From assembly GCA_963662315.1 (NCBI GenBank), contig OY759353.1, forward strand, positions 3,104,001 to 3,168,000: a stretch of 64,000 nucleotides of DNA, read 5' to 3'. Every line of letters begins with the position of its first letter. Position 1 is the first letter of the stretch. The notes beneath the pieces were generated by a model. The model was not told the origin of the DNA. It saw only the letters and a list, made by a program, of their open reading frames with translations, and did not search any database. Positions 59,740 to 64,000 of the stretch are shown here, in pieces. The translations under genes and the position numbers were made by a program. Origin of the DNA: Geopsychrobacteraceae bacterium. Its GTDB lineage: Bacteria; Desulfobacterota; Desulfuromonadia; Desulfuromonadales; Geopsychrobacteraceae.

Positions 59740-61251
59740 ATGGCAAAGTATGTAGCTTCGATCGACCAGGGTACCACCAGTTCACGTTGTATGATTTTCA
59801 ACCATGCCGGTGAGCCGGTTTCTTCTTCGCAGATGGAACATGAGCAGATTTATCCCAAGCCCGGCTGGGTTGAGCATGATGCCATTGAAATCTGGTCCAG
59901 GACCAAAGACGTTATCCATGACTGTATGGAAAAGGCTGGTCTGGTCGCTGCTGATATCGCTGCTATCGGTATTACCAATCAACGGGAAACCACGGTCGTC
60001 TGGAATAAGAAGACTGGTCAGCCGTACTATAACGCGATTGTCTGGCAGGATACCCGTACTGATGCTATCTGTAACCAATTGGCCGGCGATCTTGGTCAGG
60101 ACCGTTATCGGTCCAAAACCGGGTTGCCACTGGCTACTTATTTCTCCGGGCCCAAAATCAAATGGCTGCTCGATAATGTGGAAGGCTTGCGTGACGCCGC
60201 AGAACGTGGCGATGCACTGTTTGGCAACATGGATACCTGGATCATCTGGAAGCTTACCGGTGGTGTGAATGGTGGTTCTCATGTGACGGATGTAACCAAT
60301 GCTTCGCGAACCATGCTGATGGCTCTGGATGGTACCGAGTGGGATGATGAGATTCTCGCTGAAATGAGTATTCCCAAAAAAATGATGCCACAGATCCGTC
60401 CTTCCAGTGACCCTGAATTCTACGGTTACTCCAAAGAAAATGGACCCTTTGGGGGCAAAATTCCTGTCTGCGGTGATCTGGGTGATCAGCAGGCAGCTAC
60501 CGTTGGCCAGACCTGTTTTGCACCAGGTGAAGCCAAGAATACTTATGGTACTGGCTGTTTTATGTTGCTCAATACCGGCACTGAGATTGTCCATTCCCAA
60601 AACGGCCTGCTTACCACACCGTGCTACAAATTTGGTAACGAGCCTACCGTCTATGCCCTTGAAGGTTCTATCGCCATCGCTGGTGCCGTTGTCCAGTGGT
60701 TGCGCGATCAGATGCGCCTGATTAATACTGCGGCAGATGTTGAGAATCTGGCTCGTATGGTTGAAGACAATGGCGATATGTATTTCGTGCCGGCTTTCTC
60801 CGGTCTTTTCGCCCCATATTGGAAAAGCGATGCGCGTGGTTGTATCGTTGGTATGACCCGTTACCTGACTCGCGGGCACTTTGCCCGTGCTGCACTTGAG
60901 GCTGTTGCTTACCAGACCCGTGAAGTCCTTGATGCCATGGAAGCGGATTCGGGTGTTAAGCTGCAGGCGCTGAAAGTCGACGGTGGTATGGTTGCCAACG
61001 AACTGCTCATGCAGTACCAGGCTGATGTTCTGGGCGTTCCAGTTACCCGTCCTCGGGTCGCAGAAAGTACCGCTTTAGGAGCTGCTTACGCTGCTGGATT
61101 AGCTGTTGGCTTCTGGAAGGATACCAGCGAAATGAAGAAAAACTGGGGTGTCGATAAAACCTGGCAACCATCAAGCGATGATACCGCCCGGGTTAAAAAT
61201 TATGGTAAATGGAAAAAAGCTGTCACCCGTACTTTCGACTGGATTGACTAA
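59740..61251 (+). CDS. glpK: Glycerol kinase
   Basis: [37 protein letters not shown]. Confidence 0.98.
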   Translation: MAKYVASIDQGTTSSRCMIFNHAGEPVSSSQMEHEQIYPKPGWVEHDAIEIWSRTKDVIHDCMEKAGLVAADIAAIGITNQRETTVVWNKKTGQPYYNAIVWQDTRTDAICNQLAGDLGQDRYRSKTGLPLATYFSGPKIKWLLDNVEGLRDAAERGDALFGNMDTWIIWKLTGGVNGGSHVTDVTNASRTMLMALDGTEWDDEILAEMSIPKKMMPQIRPSSDPEFYGYSKENGPFGGKIPVCGDLGDQQAATVGQTCFAPGEAKNTYGTGCFMLLNTGTEIVHSQNGLLTTPCYKFGNEPTVYALEGSIAIAGAVVQWLRDQMRLINTAADVENLARMVEDNGDMYFVPAFSGLFAPYWKSDARGCIVGMTRYLTRGHFARAALEAVAYQTREVLDAMEADSGVKLQALKVDGGMVANELLMQYQADVLGVPVTRPRVAESTALGAAYAAGLAVGFWKDTSEMKKNWGVDKTWQPSSDDTARVKNYGKWKKAVTRTFDWID

Positions 61252-61343
61252 GCTTTTGGAAAAAAAGAATTACCAGCTTTCTGAAGGTCAGGAGGCTGGT
61301 AACCATCGAGCCAACAAGGTCTCGATCCTCACTCTTGTTATTC

Positions 61344-61379
61344 GCCCTGTCCATTCTCTCCCCGGACAGGGCCTTTTTT
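61344..61379 (+). terminator. Rho-independent terminator after glpK
   Basis: GCCCTGTCC...GGACAGGGC plus T tract. Confidence 0.8.
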
Positions 61380-61776
61380 GTCTATTGAGCACCTCAGAAA
61401 ATTCTTTGGACTCAAAGATATTTTTTATCAACGCAGAGGTGGTGAGAGTGTGGAGAAAATCTTATGAGAATTCGAAGGTACTTTCCCAACGATGCGATCT
61501 TAAATTGCAAATGTGATAATCCGAATCTGACCAATCGGGGATGTCAGAGCTAATCTAGCTATCTATCAAAACTAACTATTTTAGCGAATCACCTTAAAAA
61601 GGCCAAAATATTTTCCCAAAAGTGATTTTCTGATTTTTGAACAGCTCAACATCAGGCAGGTCAGATACGCAAATTATCTTACGGGCTCTGTCGGGATTTT
61701 TAAACTTTCTCTCAATATTAAAGTAAATCGAAATAAAGTTTGCGCTTAGTGTTGAGGTCCAAGCTCACCTATTGAG

Positions 61777-62340
61777 CTAACGACCCGAGCGAAAGTAATC
61801 ATTGGTCGTGCGAAAGAAAAGGTCCATACGCAAATAACCGATTGTCTCATGATCAGAGGTATCGAGTATCCCGCTGTATTCGCTTCGCCTCACTCCGAGA
61901 GTCAGGCCAAGGCTTGACGATTCACCGATATGAAGATTTATTCCTAGAGACATTCCAATACCAATACCGAGGTCGCTTTCATAAAGTCCCGTAACAAGCT
62001 GTGGCCCAGCCCATAAACGCAGATTTTCATTAGCTAAAATCATAAAACCGAAAGTATTTTCCAGTATCCACCCCTCGAACTTCTCCTCTACCCCGAATTT
62101 GTCATCGAGCTTGAACTGCTCGTAACCGAGATTCAGTCGGTAATTGAAAGCCCGGTTCATCGCTACAGATGTGTCCCAGGAAAGCCCTAACTGACTATGC
62201 TGGTTTTCCCCTATCCCTTCTGAAAAATGTACTCCTAACCCATGCGCCCAAACCTCAGAGCTGCTAAAAAGGACAACCACTCCCAGCAGAATCACTGCCA
62301 ATCCTCTTAATGTCCAAGCCCTGCTTTGTCGCACTTTCAT
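61777..62340 (-). CDS. Hypothetical exported protein, probable small outer-membrane beta-barrel
   Basis: Signal peptide (VWA), alternating beta-strand pattern (YRLNLGY, LRLWAGP, LGLTLGVR). Confidence 0.6.
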   Translation of the reverse strand: MKVRQSRAWTLRGLAVILLGVVVLFSSSEVWAHGLGVHFSEGIGENQHSQLGLSWDTSVAMNRAFNYRLNLGYEQFKLDDKFGVEEKFEGWILENTFGFMILANENLRLWAGPQLVTGLYESDLGIGIGMSLGINLHIGESSSLGLTLGVRRSEYSGILDTSDHETIGYLRMDLFFRTTNDYFRSGR

Positions 62341-62771
62341 AACCATTGGTCCCTTCAAAATGAATAAATGCACCACCGATTATATGAATGAATTATATCG
62401 CGAATTTTGCAAAACGTTGCACCTGACATAGCCCAGATAAAATTTATTTATATCCCCTGGCAATTAATGGTTAATCATAGGAATACCTTTAAAAGTTTAA
62501 GGGCAATAATTCAAATATAAGGATTTACGAGATTTCGGCAGGAGGACAGAAGCTCTGATGGTATTAACTTCAAAAGTACTGTCGAATCCCATTTTCGCAT
62601 CATCTAAGGACATTCGGAACAGAGAGATAGGTAATTTTTGAATTCAATCTAATCTGAAAGGGTCTGCCTGGCCAGATACAGGGAAAACCAAAAATTAGGG
62701 CTATGCCTAAAGTGAATGCCTTTGTGTCTTCGTGCCTTAATGACTCTGAATTATCGCTGTCATTCCAAACA

Positions 62772-62805
62772 ACAAAGCCCCCGGAAATACTGCCGGGGGC
62801 TTTGT
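62772..62805 (-). terminator. Terminator downstream of the carboxylase gene
   Basis: ACAAAGCCCCCGG...CCGGGGGCTTTGT, followed by a T-rich tract on the minus strand. Confidence 0.8.
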
Positions 62806-62827
62806 GATTACGGCTTGTTGGGCTGCT

Positions 62828-64000
62828 TTATTCAATAACAACCAGCAGCTCGCCTTTTTTGACATTGTCGCCAATGTCGCATTTGATCTCTTTGATTTTA
62901 CCTGTTGTTGGTGCTTTCAGGGCGTTTTCCATTTTCATTGCTTCAAGTACAACAACGGTATCGCCAGCTGTAATGTCATCACCAACGGCCTTTTCGAAGC
63001 GCAGGATCAGCCCCGGCATTGGCGCTGCAATACCGTTACCATCTGCGGCTACTACCTCAGCAGTTTTCTTTTTGGCTGCCGGGGCTTTGCGGGCTGATGC
63101 GCCAGCTTTACGGCCGAATTGACCCACTGGGCGGATGACCGGTGACGGACCTTCTTCGTCAACTTGGATCTGGAAATATTCGTTGTCGACGAAAACATTG
63201 AAGGTGCGGGCGTTTTCACTTTTCTCTGGTGCTTCAGGTTTTTCCACCAGTTTGCCAGCCTTGGCTTTTTCAATATCGTTCATCACCTTAAGGCCTTCTT
63301 CAAGGGTACGGCCTTTCAGTTCTTCCGGCATCGGCTCAACATTGTACTTGTACTTGAGGAATTTCTTGCCGGTAACCGGGTAGATCGCATAGAGGATCTG
63401 ATCATCGATGTCTTTTGCCAGATCACCGATTTCGGCATTGGAATGCTCAAGTTCGGGGTCAAGGATTTCGGCCGGACGACAGGTGATCGGTTCGCTGCCA
63501 CGTGGGTAATCGATCAGGGCTTTTTTCTGCACTTCAGGATCGATCGGAATGGCTGTTTTACCGTAGAGGCCATAGCACAGGTCTCTAACCTGAGCAGTGA
63601 TCATTTTGTAGCGCTCATCAGGCGTGTCGAAAAGAACATTGTTGACGGTCTGAATACCGACAATCTGGCTGGTCGGGGTAACCAATGGAATCTGACCGAG
63701 TTCTTTACGGACGCGTGGCAGCTCTTCAAATACCTGAGGAAGCTTGTCGAGGGCATCCATTTCACGTAACTGGTTAACCAGGTTGGACAGCATGCCGCCC
63801 GGAGTCTGGTGCAAGAGTACGTTAATATCGATGGTCGACAGCTTGGAGTCGTCAAGCAGGTGGCGGTATTTAGGGACGATATCACGCTCAAGCACGACAT
63901 TAATGGCGGCCAGGGCGTTGATGTCGAAACCGGTGTCGCGGTTGGTGCCGAGCAATGTCATGACCAACGGCTCAATGGCCGGGTGTGAGGTGCGGTTGGC
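62828..64000 (-). CDS. Pyruvate carboxylase subunit B / oxaloacetate decarboxylase alpha; partial, 5' end outside window
   Basis: HQTPGGMLSNL, PLVTPTSQIVG, biotinyl domain with EAMKM. Confidence 0.92.
   Translation of the reverse strand, partial: ANRTSHPAIEPLVMTLLGTNRDTGFDINALAAINVVLERDIVPKYRHLLDDSKLSTIDINVLLHQTPGGMLSNLVNQLREMDALDKLPQVFEELPRVRKELGQIPLVTPTSQIVGIQTVNNVLFDTPDERYKMITAQVRDLCYGLYGKTAIPIDPEVQKKALIDYPRGSEPITCRPAEILDPELEHSNAEIGDLAKDIDDQILYAIYPVTGKKFLKYKYNVEPMPEELKGRTLEEGLKVMNDIEKAKAGKLVEKPEAPEKSENARTFNVFVDNEYFQIQVDEEGPSPVIRPVGQFGRKAGASARKAPAAKKKTAEVVAADGNGIAAPMPGLILRFEKAVGDDITAGDTVVVLEAMKMENALKAPTTGKIKEIKCDIGDNVKKGELLVVIE

Noticed and set aside
59782..60879. 365-aa antisense ORF over glpK, and similar shadow ORFs over pstS, queC and the DAC gene
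   Set aside because: Antisense shadows of conserved, codon-biased genes with no recognisable motifs
62570..62612. KSTVESHFRII*, resembling a transposase TVEPVFGIIK motif
   Set aside because: Too short, with no flanking transposase sequence or terminal repeats visible

Overview
Chromosomal window of about 50% GC with no CRISPR, tRNA/rRNA or intact mobile element. Gene content suggests a Desulfuromonadales-type deltaproteobacterium (inference only). In order: a partial PIN-PhoH gene, divergent from an unexplained four-gene operon (816-aa protein with glutamate-cysteine-ligase-like motifs, phosphatidylserine decarboxylase homologue, Lgt homologue, DUF2062); cysK and a trans-sulfuration lyase; an orphan phnG-like gene; pstSCAB-phoU; a chemoreceptor; PBP1A; queC-folE2-glycosyltransferase; tolQRAB-pal-cpoB; a CBS-domain cation antiporter divergent from an MBL hydrolase and a divergent diadenylate-cyclase-domain gene; LysR/DUF1127; a Cache kinase with an HD-GYP regulator; a LacI-controlled fructose PTS operon with gap; assorted housekeeping genes; a short RlmN-like radical SAM gene; a UGA-recoded AhpD-like selenoprotein missed by the ORF track; glpR-glpFK; and a partial biotin carboxyltransferase subunit. 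Best leads: (1) the ligase-psd-lgt-DUF2062 operon shares the 11-bp-phased CTNACA repeats found before pstS, so it may be a phosphate-starvation lipid-remodelling pathway; (2) the DAC/MBL/CBS-antiporter trio may be a nucleotide-signalling module; (3) an unassigned structured RNA lies in the queC leader; (4) a stand-alone sRNA of about 65 nt has a C-rich loop. All family calls come from motif recognition by eye, not from database searches.
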